A stretch of 56,489 nt of DNA, counting the filler, from Sphacelaria rigidula (lineage: Eukaryota): the NCBI GenBank assembly GCA_964200075.2. It is 5 parts of 5 records of this genome, joined end to end, with 100 filler letters (N's around TTAATTAATTAA, not from the genome) between each part and the next. Parts side by side here need not be neighbours in the genome. Positions count along the whole stretch, not along the records: positions 11,320 to 22,537 come from CAXNAA020005221.1; positions 22,638 to 33,855 come from CAXNAA020005222.1; 3 more parts are not named here. One strand, given 5' to 3'. The position numbers were made by a program, and so were the translations under genes. The notes under the pieces are model-generated. The model saw only the letters and a list, made by a program, of their open reading frames with translations, searched no databases and was not told where the DNA came from. Below are positions 11,902 through 23,230 of the stretch, one piece after another; the stretch's first letter is position 1, and the number at the start of each line of letters is the position of its first letter.

Positions 11902-12581
11902 ACTTTACTGGGGACGAGACGCCCGCTGGCGTTGGAGTATGACTATTACTCAGGGGCCAGGACAGACAATGCCCCGAAAGGACAGGCTATAGTGTTCCCG
12001 AGGGAACGTTCCCGGAACTACGTCGAGGGAGATATGGTCCCGTCGCGATTGCGGGCACGTGTAGACTTGTGGACTAACCTGGTACTTACAGTGGTGGGAA
12101 ACGCGTTCGTGAAAATCCATGCAGGATTATTCTGCTTTTTGTCGTGTTTGTCACATTCGCTGTGTTTTAAAAGGCCAAGAGCAAACAGAACCAGCGGCAG
12201 TCATGGACACACCTGAAAGCTAAAGCTAGAGATAGCGGAAATACAATCTTGAAGTTTTGCACGCGCCATCCCTGTCCCCTTCATCGCAGTACCCCGAATT
12301 TCAACGTTTCGATATGGAGCAATCAAGAGGCGGTTCATGGCATTCCATGTTCGTGAAAATAAAATGAGCGCCGTGCACGTAGTGGCATTGACTGCTCTGA
12401 CCAAGCGAACTACACCCTACGTAGACGCACTAAGGGAACAAAAAGTCCTCCGCATCCCCCACACTTATCATCATCTGTATGCATTTGACTGCACTTCATC
12501 CTTCCTGGCAGTGTTTGCCGTCTCCCTTTCCATATCCCCCTTCCGCCCCCGACGAACGCATGACCCACCCTCCACTCGCAG

Positions 12582-15500
12582 GAACGCCTAACACGCAATA
12601 AGCACGACGGCGGCGACACGGGCGAGCTGGTGCAGCACGCCCTGAGCTGCGTCGGTGCGACCCTGCGAGACGTCCGCCTAGTAGTCACCAACAACCACCA
12701 CCACCGTGTTCTGCCCTTCGAGCGGCGGATCCCGTGGTCCGTAAAAATGGGAGTTTACCCGCAGAGCTATGATAGCCCGCAAAATCTGATCCCCGAAGCC
12801 GAAGCCCGCGCCGAGCTGTCGCACCACTTGGCGCATGCCTGGAGCGCAGCGGAGCTGTCCCCGTTCGATCGCGGCTTGATCGTGGTCATGGACGGGATGG
12901 GGGAGGCCTATGGGGCGATGTCCAAGGCAGAAGCGACCTTGAACAGAGCGCGGGGGCGTCAACAGAACAAGGGCGTCGTTAGTGGTGCTGATGATGGAGG
13001 AAATGGCGGAACGGATAGGGTGGAGGATGACGTTCGATATTACAACGACTTGAGGCTCATGAGGGAAATGCGGGAGGAGGCGGGGGAGGAAGAGGGTGCA
13101 AGGATGGCGGCGGATTTTCAGCAGGTTCCAGAGGAGTTCGTCCCGCATGAGGCTTATCGCGAGGCGGAGAGTGCTTTCACTTTTGCTCCCAGCCCAGGTG
13201 TGGAATTTGTGTTTTATGCATGTGTGCGTTGTTTTGTGTAGCGTGTGTGCGGAAGGTCCTCCCAAGGTTGTTGGCTGCGGTGATGAATTCTGCGTGCAGG
13301 ATATAATGGACTGCGCATGCAACGCATCCCATGTGTGTACAGTGGAGTTGATGTACGAATGGACGCGAAATATGCAGTGTTGTGCTGCACTTGTTGCCTG
13401 GTCACGATCCCGGTGTGCGCCATTCGATGAAGAACGGGTTGTTCTGCAACCGTCCGAGGAACCACACCCTCGGCAGGGGCCTCCAGAGAGCATGTAGGCA
13501 TGAAAGACACCTTCGATCTCTCTCGTCGCTGCGTGGTACAGCATAGCTGCAGCATCCGCGGACGTAGAGTTAGTTCACTCGATCGACAATTCTCTCTACC
13601 CCCCCCCCCCCCTGGTCCGGCGGAAACCCAGCGTGCTCCGTCCCGACTTTGTAGGGATGCGAGGTCAATGTTCCTATGACTATGGTATGCGTGATCATGA
13701 GTACCCCCCCCCCGCCACGGCTCCCGAACAGATGGCGGACCGCCAGTACTGACCCCGGTGTACAAGCGTTGGACGCGGGAGCGATCCCCACCGGAGCTGT
13801 ACAATCACGGCTTCGAAAACATGGAATCCCTCGGTGCCGTTTACAGCCGCGTCAGTAGCCACATTTTCGGCGACTGGAATGCGTGCGGTGAGGAAGCAAG
13901 CGAGATCACTTGCGGTCTCTGATGAAAGAAACGATTTGTGCGTAGTGATAATTGCGCGACTCACACTGGCAGTGCCCCATACTTTTGACCGCATTTTTGG
14001 TCCTCTTTCTTTTCAACATAATTCCTTTTTTGTTGATAACACTTTGTTCAAGTGTTCAAAAAGTCGTGTATTTCATCTCCTACCGCACACCCTGCCGATC
14101 ATCTCATAGGCAAAGTGATGGGTTTGGCACCGTGGGCCTCGCAATGGAAATCAGTGGACCCGCCGCCGCAGCGATTGACCTCCGGTAACCTCCTTGGTGC
14201 GAGGAGTAAACGTGTAGGAGGCAAGGATAATGAGGACGTTGCGAAGTTCGGGGTGCACTGGGACGCTATAGAGGAACTGCGGCAGCCCAATGAGCTGAAT
14301 GATCCCGACGTCCGCCCGTACTACGCGAGTTTGGCATCTACCGTACAGCGGGATTTGGAAGAGGCCGCGATGAATTTCGTGTCAGGTTTACGGGAGCGAA
14401 CAGGCGAAGAGAACCTGTGCTTATGCGGCGGCGTTGCGTTGAACAGCGTGCTCAACGGAAAGATAGCGCGGGAGGTGGGTGGGCAAGGGGGAGCGAAAAG
14501 GAGAGAGTAGGAAGCATAGGGGACGGTGCTGGTGTAGTCGAGTGCTGTTGATCAACCCTGTAGGGTCGCTTCTGGACGAACTTCAAGCTGGGGAATACAG
14601 AGGGTGTTGCGGTCGAAATCTACGTGCAGCGCGTCGTCGGAGTCCCGCGCGGATAGAAGGATACCAAGATAACGCGTCGTCGTGGACAGGGTGTGCAAGT
14701 GTAGGACACTAACCGCTGACTTGGACGCGCGGGCGGGTGCAAGTGTTGTGATGGCGTATGCACAGCAGCAGCCGCCTTCGCGAGACAAGCGTAGTGTGGG
14801 AATCTAAGATCGGCGGGAACCCACTTCGCCGGATTCCAAGTTATCCCGACTTTACTCTTTATCGCTGTGTTGACTGTTGCTTGATCGCAGGCAGGTTTCG
14901 CGCGCGTGTTTGTGCCGCCCTGCCCGGGAGACGAAGGCATCGCGATAGGCTGCGCGGCGTTCGGGTACAGTCACCTACACCAGCTGCTGCCGCCTGCCTC
15001 GGGTACCGGCGCCGCTGTTGAACCTGAAGCTGTCAACAGGAAAGTGTCGGTGCCTGCCGCGGGGGTGGATCGGGAAGCAAATCCGGCAGCGGCAGTGAAG
15101 GCAGCACCGTTTTGGGGCAAGGGTTGGAGCGAGGAAGAAGTGGAAGATGAGCTGGAGGAATGGGTTCCATGGGTGGATGTTCGGCCGCTGACGAGATTGG
15201 AGGTGTGCATTCATGACATGTTGTGTAAATGTGTGCGTGCTGTGAGTTGATTTCTGTGCGTGATGGGCTGTACATTGCACAGCCTCATAATGCCAACGAT
15301 GGGAAACAGTGGCAGTTGTAGGGCCAAGCGACCTCATGTTTAGCGAGTGCCCCGTGTGGAAAGTTACAAAGACACCTTGCGGGGTTCTTGCGTGACCCGC
15401 CATCCCAATCTCGTTATGCGTCCGTGATGTTGCGGTTGCTGCCTTGTCTTCTCCCCTAGTGCTGTACGGGCTTGCACTTTGCATTTTTTCTGATGATTCT

Positions 15501-16493
15501 TTTTTGATAATCCCATGCTTGCGATAGGAAGTTGCGGAAGCGATCTCCGAGGGACAGGTGGTGGCGTGGTTTCAGGGCCGTGGAGAGTTCGGCCCACGAG
15601 CCCTCGGGTCTCGTTCCTTGCTAGCCGACCCAAGAGATCCTCAGATGCCCTCAAGGATAAACACTTACGTAAAGAAAAGGTGATCGTCCATATTTGTGTC
15701 CCGAATGCAGTTTGGTCCTCGTTCACCTTCTGAACTGCCCATTTTTTTCGCGAGTATCGAGTTTGCTGGCATTTCTCGATTGTGTCGAGCTCCCCAGCAC
15801 ACGAAGTCATGACCGCCATGCACTCCTGCATCTAGGTGCTTTGCGCGCCTTGAAAGCCACCTGAAATAGTATGACAAAAGTAAAGCCATATGTTGGCGCC
15901 CGGGAGAAAACGGCGTGAACGATAGAGAAAGTGCACAACGTCCAATCAACCCCGTGGAGCATATTTTCGTGGAACACATCGGTCCCATACATTTTTTCCG
16001 CGTTGCCCACACGCCAGAAATAACATGATGGTTACGCTCGATCCAGCGTAACAGCATGTACACCGCGTGTGCGCGAGAAGTGGTCACTTGCCCCAACCCT
16101 GCAATCCCGAGTATGCGCGTACTTATCCCCACCACAATCCCCCGCCTGTCCCTGTCGTCCGCCGTTCTGCCTTAGGGAGGACTTTCGGCCGTTCGCACCG
16201 AGCGTCCTCGCCGAAGAGGCAGATGACTGGTTCGAGGATCTGCCCGTAGACGGATCGCCCTACATGTCCATAACGGCACCGGCTAGGCGAGAAGCCTTGT
16301 TGAAGGTGCCCGCGGTGTGTCACGTGGATGGTTCGTCGCGCCTACAGACGGTGAAGCGTGAAGACAATCCGCTTTACCATAGGCTCATTTCGGCGTTTTT
16401 CAAGCTCACGGGCGTACCCATGGTCCTCAACACCAGCTTCAATGTCATGGGCGAGCCTATCGTGGATTCTCCGGCAGGTGTGTGTGTGTTTGG

Positions 16494-16570
<77 letters not shown>

Positions 16571-18152
16571 GCTTGCTTGCTTACTTGCTTCTCGCTCGCT
16601 TGCTTGCTTGCTTCTCGCTCGCTTGCGTCTGCTGCTAAGGCTGTGTTGCTGTACATGCCGGGATCTTCGTAGCGTGTTTCTTCTACAATGTTTTCGCGTT
16701 GCCGCCTTTTTCCTCGATCGAAAATGTGCCCATTTTGTTTTTTTACACGAATGTTACCGCATCGTTTTTTCTTCCGTGAAAGCTTCATCCTCTCCCCTTC
16801 CTCGGGACGAGTCTCTGGTCCCAAGACATCGCCCCATCTTTCCAGCTGCACACGCTTTGCATTTCAGTACCTCGATTTGGATCGTGACCAACACTACGGC
16901 ACGTCGTCGACTCTCGTCAAACAAACCCAAGTCAAACCCTATTTGCTACGCACGTCCTCACGCTTGCAAAGACGTGGATGGGATACTTTGAAGAAAATAC
17001 CCAAACGCATGTGGCGTGAGTTGAACCCGCGTTCTTTTGACCCTATTGGCGTCACTTGCACCATTAGATGGCAGCGTGCAATGTCTGTTTGAGGACGATG
17101 CCACACGTAATGCGCCAGGAGCGTCCTTCTTCCCCATGTTGTATAATTCTGCATCTTATCGATCTGACTTGACCCTGCGAGATTATGAGTTTCTCTTGCT
17201 GCTTGTTCCCCTTCGTTGACTGCCCACTTTTACACATCGCGACGACATGCGACATCTAAAATCAGATGCTATTCGGGCGTTGGTCGATTCGGCGGGGTCC
17301 ATCGACATGCTGGTCATGCACGACAGGGTGATCACGCTGCGTCCTTTCCCGCCGGACGTGGAAGTGGCGCAGGAGGAGCAGGAAGAGGAGGCTGAGGACG
17401 GCGACAGTCGCGGGGAGGCTGGACCAGAAGGCGGAGGCCAGGAGGAAGAGTACGATGATCGTGACGAGGATGGGGACTACATTTTGAATGACGAAGGATG
17501 GGAAGAGGGATTGCGACCGTTCCAAGCGAGACCGTTCATGTCGGAGGTTCTCGAACGGAATGGGGAAAATGTGAGTACTTGGTACGTGCTGCCGGTCTCT
17601 TCGCGGGCGGGAGTCGAGGTGGTGCCAGCCATGCAGATGTGCATGGTTAACAAACAGGTTTATCGTTGTACTTCTACCGCTTTGCCACACGTTTCGTTTA
17701 CACGGAAGCTGGATGTGATGGTACTCAGAGAACAACCTGAGGAGGTGATCGAGCGCCTGCCGCAATTAGAAACTAGACATTTGGTCCCCGCACCGGGCGC
17801 CGATTTGACTTGCAACATTCCCGTACCACGCAACTTTTTGCCCTGAACGTCCTTACGTGCGCACACGCAACAACAGGTGGTTCGAGTCCGGGTGAAGCCG
17901 GAGGATGGGAGGGGACAGTGGGTCGATCTGGACGATGAGTTTCAGCTCGAAATTCTGGTTCTCTCTGACGGATCGCGGAGTATCGGTAACATGGTAGATG
18001 AGACGATTGACGCGATGGAAGAGAATGAGGACGAGGATGAGGAGGGTGCAGAGATAGAAGAGAACGCAGAAAACGCCGTGCTTGGAGCGTTGCGTGTGCT
18101 GTACGCGAAGGGTCTCATCGGGTTCGATAGAATGGTGGAAGCGGTTTGGTAG
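12582..18152 (+). CDS. Carbamoyltransferase, NodU/CmcH/TobZ family (5'-partial, 8 exons, 827 aa visible)
   Basis: Exons 12582-13197, 13732-13887, 14110-14474, 14891-15202, 15528-15679, 16176-16477, 17266-17570 and 17877-18152, all GT-AG and phase-consistent. Motifs: ERLTRNKH, HHLAHA, DGMGE, SLGAVY, GKVMGLAP, GGVALN, GDEGIAIG, WFQGRGEFGPRALGSRS, KREDFRPFAP, HVDGSSRLQTV and LNTSFN..GEPIV. The first exon(s) were not found in the contig. Confidence 0.95.
13599..13713 (+). mobile_element. 5'-truncated module-B copy between two C-runs (intronic)
   Basis: gtgctccgtcccgactttgtagggatgcgaggtcaatg...atcatgagtac followed by a C-run. Confidence 0.85.
16494..16612. repeat. (GCTT)n microsatellite, intronic
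   Basis: Direct reading. It explains the LLAC/ASKQ repeats in the ORF track. Confidence 0.97.
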
Positions 18153-18865
18153 TTAGCAGTGGGTGTACGATTGTAAAAGTGATTGTAGCGCGGAGGATCA
18201 ATTATATTTGGTTACGATTGTATGTTCGTCTCTCGTTTTTCTTGTTCCCATGCTGTGTGTCTGTGTGCGTGAGCGTGTGTTTATCATCGTATCCTCTTCT
18301 TTGTGGAGTGCATACGTACGCACGAATGGATATTATTACATACGGTGTTGTGGAAACGGTGTTTCTGTGTGTGTGTTCGTTTTTATGATGGGCGACGCTG
18401 TAAGTATTCTATTCTCGAGAGCCCACGTCGTGGGAGGGTAGCATGCCCAACGACGAGGCTGTCTAGTCAAGAGCCCACGTTAATATGTCACGTATGTTAC
18501 CAACGTAGCCTTTGTGCAGCGCATCCAAAGTGTGTCTGCATTTTGCACTGTGGATAATTTAGGATCTGATTGGTTGGGCGGAGGAGAAAAGTCGGCTGCG
18601 CGTACCATAGTCGGTGCGAAGGAGGGACGTGTTTTTATTCGCGTGAATTTCCGAATTGAGGTACAGAAATCTCAAGGATGCTACAATATTCCTCCCAATA
18701 TTTGTTTTGATCGTGACTTCCGGAAGGCATTGAGTCGCGTGGCAAAACAACCATGCGGTCGGCTTGGTATCGGCAACGCGCACATCAAATGCCGGACAGT
18801 TGGGCACTCACTTACTGCGATCCTCCTATCATTTCGTTTTCAACCACTTCTTAAGCATTGCCGAT

Positions 18866-19217
18866 CGCCCCGGTGGTTCAGTTGGTAACCTCGACGCTTT
18901 CTGACGATAGGGTCGTGGGTCCAGATCTCGGTGCAGTCACACGATCTGGGTTTTTATCTCGCAGCATGCCCAACAGTAGTGGAGAGCGACCACGTCGTGG
19001 GTTCACAAAGTTTGACTTCACGGTCTACGAGGGAAAGGGACCGCTGAATCTTCCTCGGGACATGAAAATAAGGCAAGCACCGCAGAAGGAAGGTGGAAAA
19101 CCATGACAAACAAGAAGAAAAAAGCTCATGTTTTGGCCTTCCTCCCTTGTGACCCCGACTGATGCGCCCACATATACGGAAACGTGTAGACTGGCGTCCA
19201 GAATAGATGAAGTGACA
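18866..19217 (+). mobile_element. tRNA-derived SINE
   Basis: Head cgccccggTGGTTCAGTTGG (A box) with a decayed B box, followed by the body shared with 10315-10530 and 20200-20400. Confidence 0.75.
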
Positions 19218-20199
19218 TCACACATACCTGTATAGTTCCTCTCCGAGCGAAGCTGTTTGCGTATTTTGTCCACACGACCCCTCCCCCATCAAAGAAGTTC
19301 ATCCATCTGTCAAGTCACCCAGAGGTCGAACGTTGGTCTCGGATAATATCGCATTTTTCCCCCTCAACAGCGTTCTTTTCGAAGTTTAATTATAACACTA
19401 TATTCGTGAGATTCAGAATGGATGTTCTAGCATTCCTAACAGGCATTTTTTTTTTTGCTTGAGCACACGTCCTGTGCATGCAGTTACCGTACAGTACCCC
19501 ATTCGAGGAATTCGGCGGTCTGGTTGGTGAGATATCGCACAACGCATTTTCACGCCTGGGGGTCATTTCGGAACTGAAACTGTTTCAGGCACTAATCGGT
19601 TTTTCCTGAAAGAGGGGATCTTTTGTTGCAATGGACTACGTCGTTGCGATCAAGTGATGTGTTAAATTGATCGTGTAGGTGACCGCTTCCATTCAAGCCA
19701 CCGCTTTACCAGCTGGGCGCATTACTCCTCGAACTGTGGCGATGTCAAAATCGAGGGGAAAGTCATTTGTTTCGGGTCTGACTCTGAATCTGAAACTAGT
19801 CCTGAATCTCACGAATATAATATAGTTACTTGCTTTTGCGTCAACATGTGCGTATGAAGCAGACCTGTAACCGTCGCATGGAGTAAGCCTTGACTGTGCT
19901 CTGCAACAAGTCCAGGGGGATTGTATGTCTCTCGATCGACATCGATATCGTAAATAAAAGGACTCTCAACACTCTCACGACCCGCCTCCCTCATCCTCCT
20001 GTGATCGCTAGATTGCGTAGCACGTTCAGTGCTTGCTCCTTTTCAGTAAATTTTCACATCTCCCATCACCCCTACCTTTCCCCCCCGTGACTGGTGGTGC
20101 TGTACTGCTCACCGCTCTCGACGCATGTGAGGTAGAATTGTGAACTGGCTGCCGGTTTAACTGACCAGTTCCAGTTACGTGGTGTGTGTTGTATGTGTA

Positions 20200-20533
20200 T
20201 TGTCGTCCCATTTATTCTGGGCACCAGTCTACACCTTTCAGTATATGTCGGCGCATCAGCCGGCGTCACACAGGAGAAAGGTCAACACAGGAGCTTTTTC
20301 TCTTTTATTTGTTTTTAATACCCTACCTTCCTGCTGCGGTACTTGCCTTTCTTTTTTTATCGCGAGAGGGGTTCCGCCGTCAGTTTCCCTCGTCGACTTT
20401 TTGGGTACCCACGACATAGTCGCTCTCCATTGTTGGGCATGGTGTGAGAAAAGATTCCAAATCACTCCGGGAATCGAACCCCCCTACTCGGCGATCAGAA
20501 GGTTACAAGGTTACCAACTGAGCCACCGGGGCG
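20200..20533 (-). mobile_element. tRNA-derived SINE (possibly tRNA-Arg(TCT)-like head)
   Basis: The minus strand reads cgccccggTGGCTCAGTTGG...ttctga...GGTTCGATTCC (A and B boxes), then the shared body. Confidence 0.8.
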
Positions 20534-20883
20534 TGCGAGCAGTGGTACAATTGGTCGACGGGTCGGTTTGTAACCAACTGAACCACTTGTTTCAACCGAC
20601 ATGTGTTAAAGTACATGTGTGTCATACTCGAGTCAATATTTTCTGAAGTATTGTCGTACTACAATGACCGTGGGGACGCTGTTCCAGAGGCAAGTACTTA
20701 ACCGCACTGCGCACACACCTAGACGTAGACACGAATATCGTAGACAACATGTTTTAGTATATTTCTGTGCACGGGTTTCGTGCTCGAATTGCTGACGCTA
20801 GGCGACCATTACAAAATTTCCCGCGATTTCAACAAGGTGTCAAGCGACTAGAACTTCCCGCGATTGCCAAGCAACGCTGGCGG

Positions 20884-21137
20884 GGAATGCTACGGTAGGG
20901 GTGCACAAATATTTTCCGAGGTTGGAATTGTTAGGAGTCCTTCGCCCCATCCAAAACACGACCCATGAAATATGTAAGAGTACGCCAGGATTACTATTCT
21001 AATGTGCTAGGGATATCCCGAATGCATTTGCAAACAGGGATGCCCTGACCCATGTTCTTGTGCATCTAGAATCGTTAGGAGCCCCTGAACCAGACAAGAT
21101 CTTGCGCAAAAAGTGCAGCCCTACCGTAGCATTGCTC
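20884..21137 (-). mobile_element. ~250-bp MITE family, copy 3
   Basis: aatgctacggtaggggtgcac ... gtgcagccctaccgtagcattgctc. Confidence 0.85.
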
Positions 21138-21916
21138 TGGCAGAGTCGCGGAGCGGTTCGCCGCCAGTTATCCGGTTTGAACCGGTCACCAAACCAGTTC
21201 ACAACTCTAATGTGATGTCTGTCCGAAATGGACGGATGGCTACTGTTAGTACTACTCCAGTCCTGCTACTTTGAAAACTTGCCTATGGCGGGACAGCAGC
21301 GCCGTTTTTGATGAGAAGATTCGCACAACCGAGGTTTCGAATCACATCAATACCCGCTCAGGGCAAAGACAACAACGTCACCACCACTATAACCTCCATT
21401 CCCCCCGACAGTCCCATTTTTACCCCCCGTCATGTATGTATCCAGTTCTTGTATGTGCCCTTCGGTCAAAACACCCCATGGACCTAGTGTCCACCACGAA
21501 CCGCCTATGAACAAAACCGCAGTCAACTGCTTCCCATCATACTCATTAGATAAATATCTACGATCGCATGGTGATGGATTCTTCTCTCTCAGAGTGAGAG
21601 CAGAAAAAAACACTACCGTAGACTTCCCCGACAAAAAACAACAAAATAACGCTAGAATAATGAATTCTTAGTTCACGTCCCCTCGCCCGCGGAGCACACA
21701 CCGAATCGTGTAATCACCAAGAATTACCTTGACTCTCTCCCGCCTGAACTCGCACAACCTCAACTCAACAAACGGGAACAGGGGGAAATCACCCGTATGT
21801 GAGCTATTTTTCTTTACTCTTATGCTGAAGAGCTACTGTATCGATCACCCAGTAGACCGTGAAAACCAGCTCGTTTTTTTTCCCCTCCTTCAATTCAGAC
21901 CTTTTTTCCTTTTCTT

Positions 21917-22402
21917 TCAGAGATCATCGAGCCCCTTCTTCAGCGTCGCCAGGAGGTCTTCCGTGTCCTCTATCCCGCAAGACACGCGAACAAACCCGTC
22001 CGTAATGCCCACCTTCAACCTTGTGTATGCATTGCATTGCGCACATGGGAGGAGGGGGGACAATAAACACAGATCATCCATATCGCTATCGAAGAAAACA
22101 TCCCCGACACATCCACTGAAGAAAAGGGTAAAAAAAAACTTGCAAGCGAACCGCACTGAGGCAAACACCATCGTTTATGCGCTCTCTAACCCTTGACCTG
22201 AAACATCCGAATCATTACTGCCTCCGCCGTGCCATTGTTACCTCTATGCTCGATCTCTAGATTTCGGACACGGGTTAGCCGTGGTGCGGCGCAGATAGTT
22301 TGATCACCTGTCCTCCTTGAGCATATTGGCGTGTGTCATGACTGCTGGGCACGTGATGATAGACTCCGTCTGCCCCAAGTTCTCGCAGAGGCTCCACGGT
22401 CG
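21917..22402 (-). CDS. Cys/Met-metabolism PLP-dependent enzyme (cystathionine gamma-lyase/synthase family), last two exons
   Basis: Exons 22402-22308 and 22019-21917 splice to RPWSLCENLGQTESIITCPAVMTHANMLKEDRLKVGITDGFVRVSCGIEDTEDLLATLKKGLDDL*, the family's C-terminal signature. The exact enzyme cannot be assigned from 65 aa. Confidence 0.92.
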
Positions 22403-22426
22403 CTGGACAGCAGCCGGCAAAAGGCG

Positions 22427-22468
<42 letters not shown>

Positions 22469-22484
22469 CCAAACAAAAAGAACA

Positions 22485-22537
<53 letters not shown>

Positions 22538-22637
22538 NNNNNNNNNNNNNNNNNNNNNNNNNNNNNNNNNNNNNNNNNNNNTTAATTAATTAANNNNNNN
22601 NNNNNNNNNNNNNNNNNNNNNNNNNNNNNNNNNNNNN
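22538..22637. other. Artificial contig linker
   Basis: N44-TTAATTAATTAA-N44. Confidence 0.99.
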
Positions 22638-22724
22638 CTCCTCGTTTTTAAAGTTTTTTTTTTGTTTTTTTGAGTTTTTTTTTCCTCTGTTTCCCCCCCC
22701 CCCCCTCCCCTCCCCGCGCGCGCA

Positions 22725-23230
22725 CTGGTTTGAGGAAACAAAATCTACACGTAAATCGAAATGAAAAAGGCCGAGCACAACGAACAGCTGGGAATTCCCA
22801 CGCTTAGGCTCGTTGTCGCCAACGTAGCCCACATGAGGCGCTTCATGCAGCCTGAAATAAAGATCAGGCCCTGTATGGTCGTTTTCTTCGTTACAGTTCT
22901 GGGCTGGTTTTGGGAGGGTTTACAGCAGAAAGACTCGTTGGTGGTTTTTGCTGTTGGATTATCACATATCGAACGACTGACCGAGTGATGCTGCGAGAAC
23001 TCCCCCCCCCGCCAGGAAAGTGGCTGGTTTAAGGAGGGAAAATGTGCACGTAAATCAAAATGACAAAGAAAGGTCGAGCACACCGAGCAACCGGGAACCC
23101 CCGAGCTAGGAATCGCTTTCGCCGATGTCGTCAATATCACGTGTATCATGCAGTCTGGCATCAGCCATCATGCGCTACGCTTTCGTGAGACTTCGGGATG
23201 GGTTTTTTTTTGGGGGGGGGCTATCGCGAC
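22725..23230 (+). repeat. Two diverged ~300-bp-period copies of a dispersed repeat
   Basis: cacgtaaatc.aaatga...ccgagcaca.cga.ca.c.gggaa at ~22748 and ~23047, with a third copy at ~34690-34905 in another contig. Confidence 0.75.

Noticed and set aside
12678-13544. 288-aa minus-strand ORF and other long ORF-track entries (e.g. 16342-16851, 54298-54927, 54487-55095)
   Set aside because: These are antisense shadows of real exons, microsatellites or low-complexity retroelement sequence, with no recognisable motifs.
20460-20533. tRNA gene
   Set aside because: A and B boxes are present, but the acceptor and anticodon stems do not pair and it is fused to a repeated body, so it is a SINE head.
22428-22537. 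Long poly(C)/poly(A) as a retrocopy tail
   Set aside because: It lies at a contig end after a homopolymer and is probably low-quality sequence. The same applies to 22638-22710, 33740-33855 and ~45050-45172.
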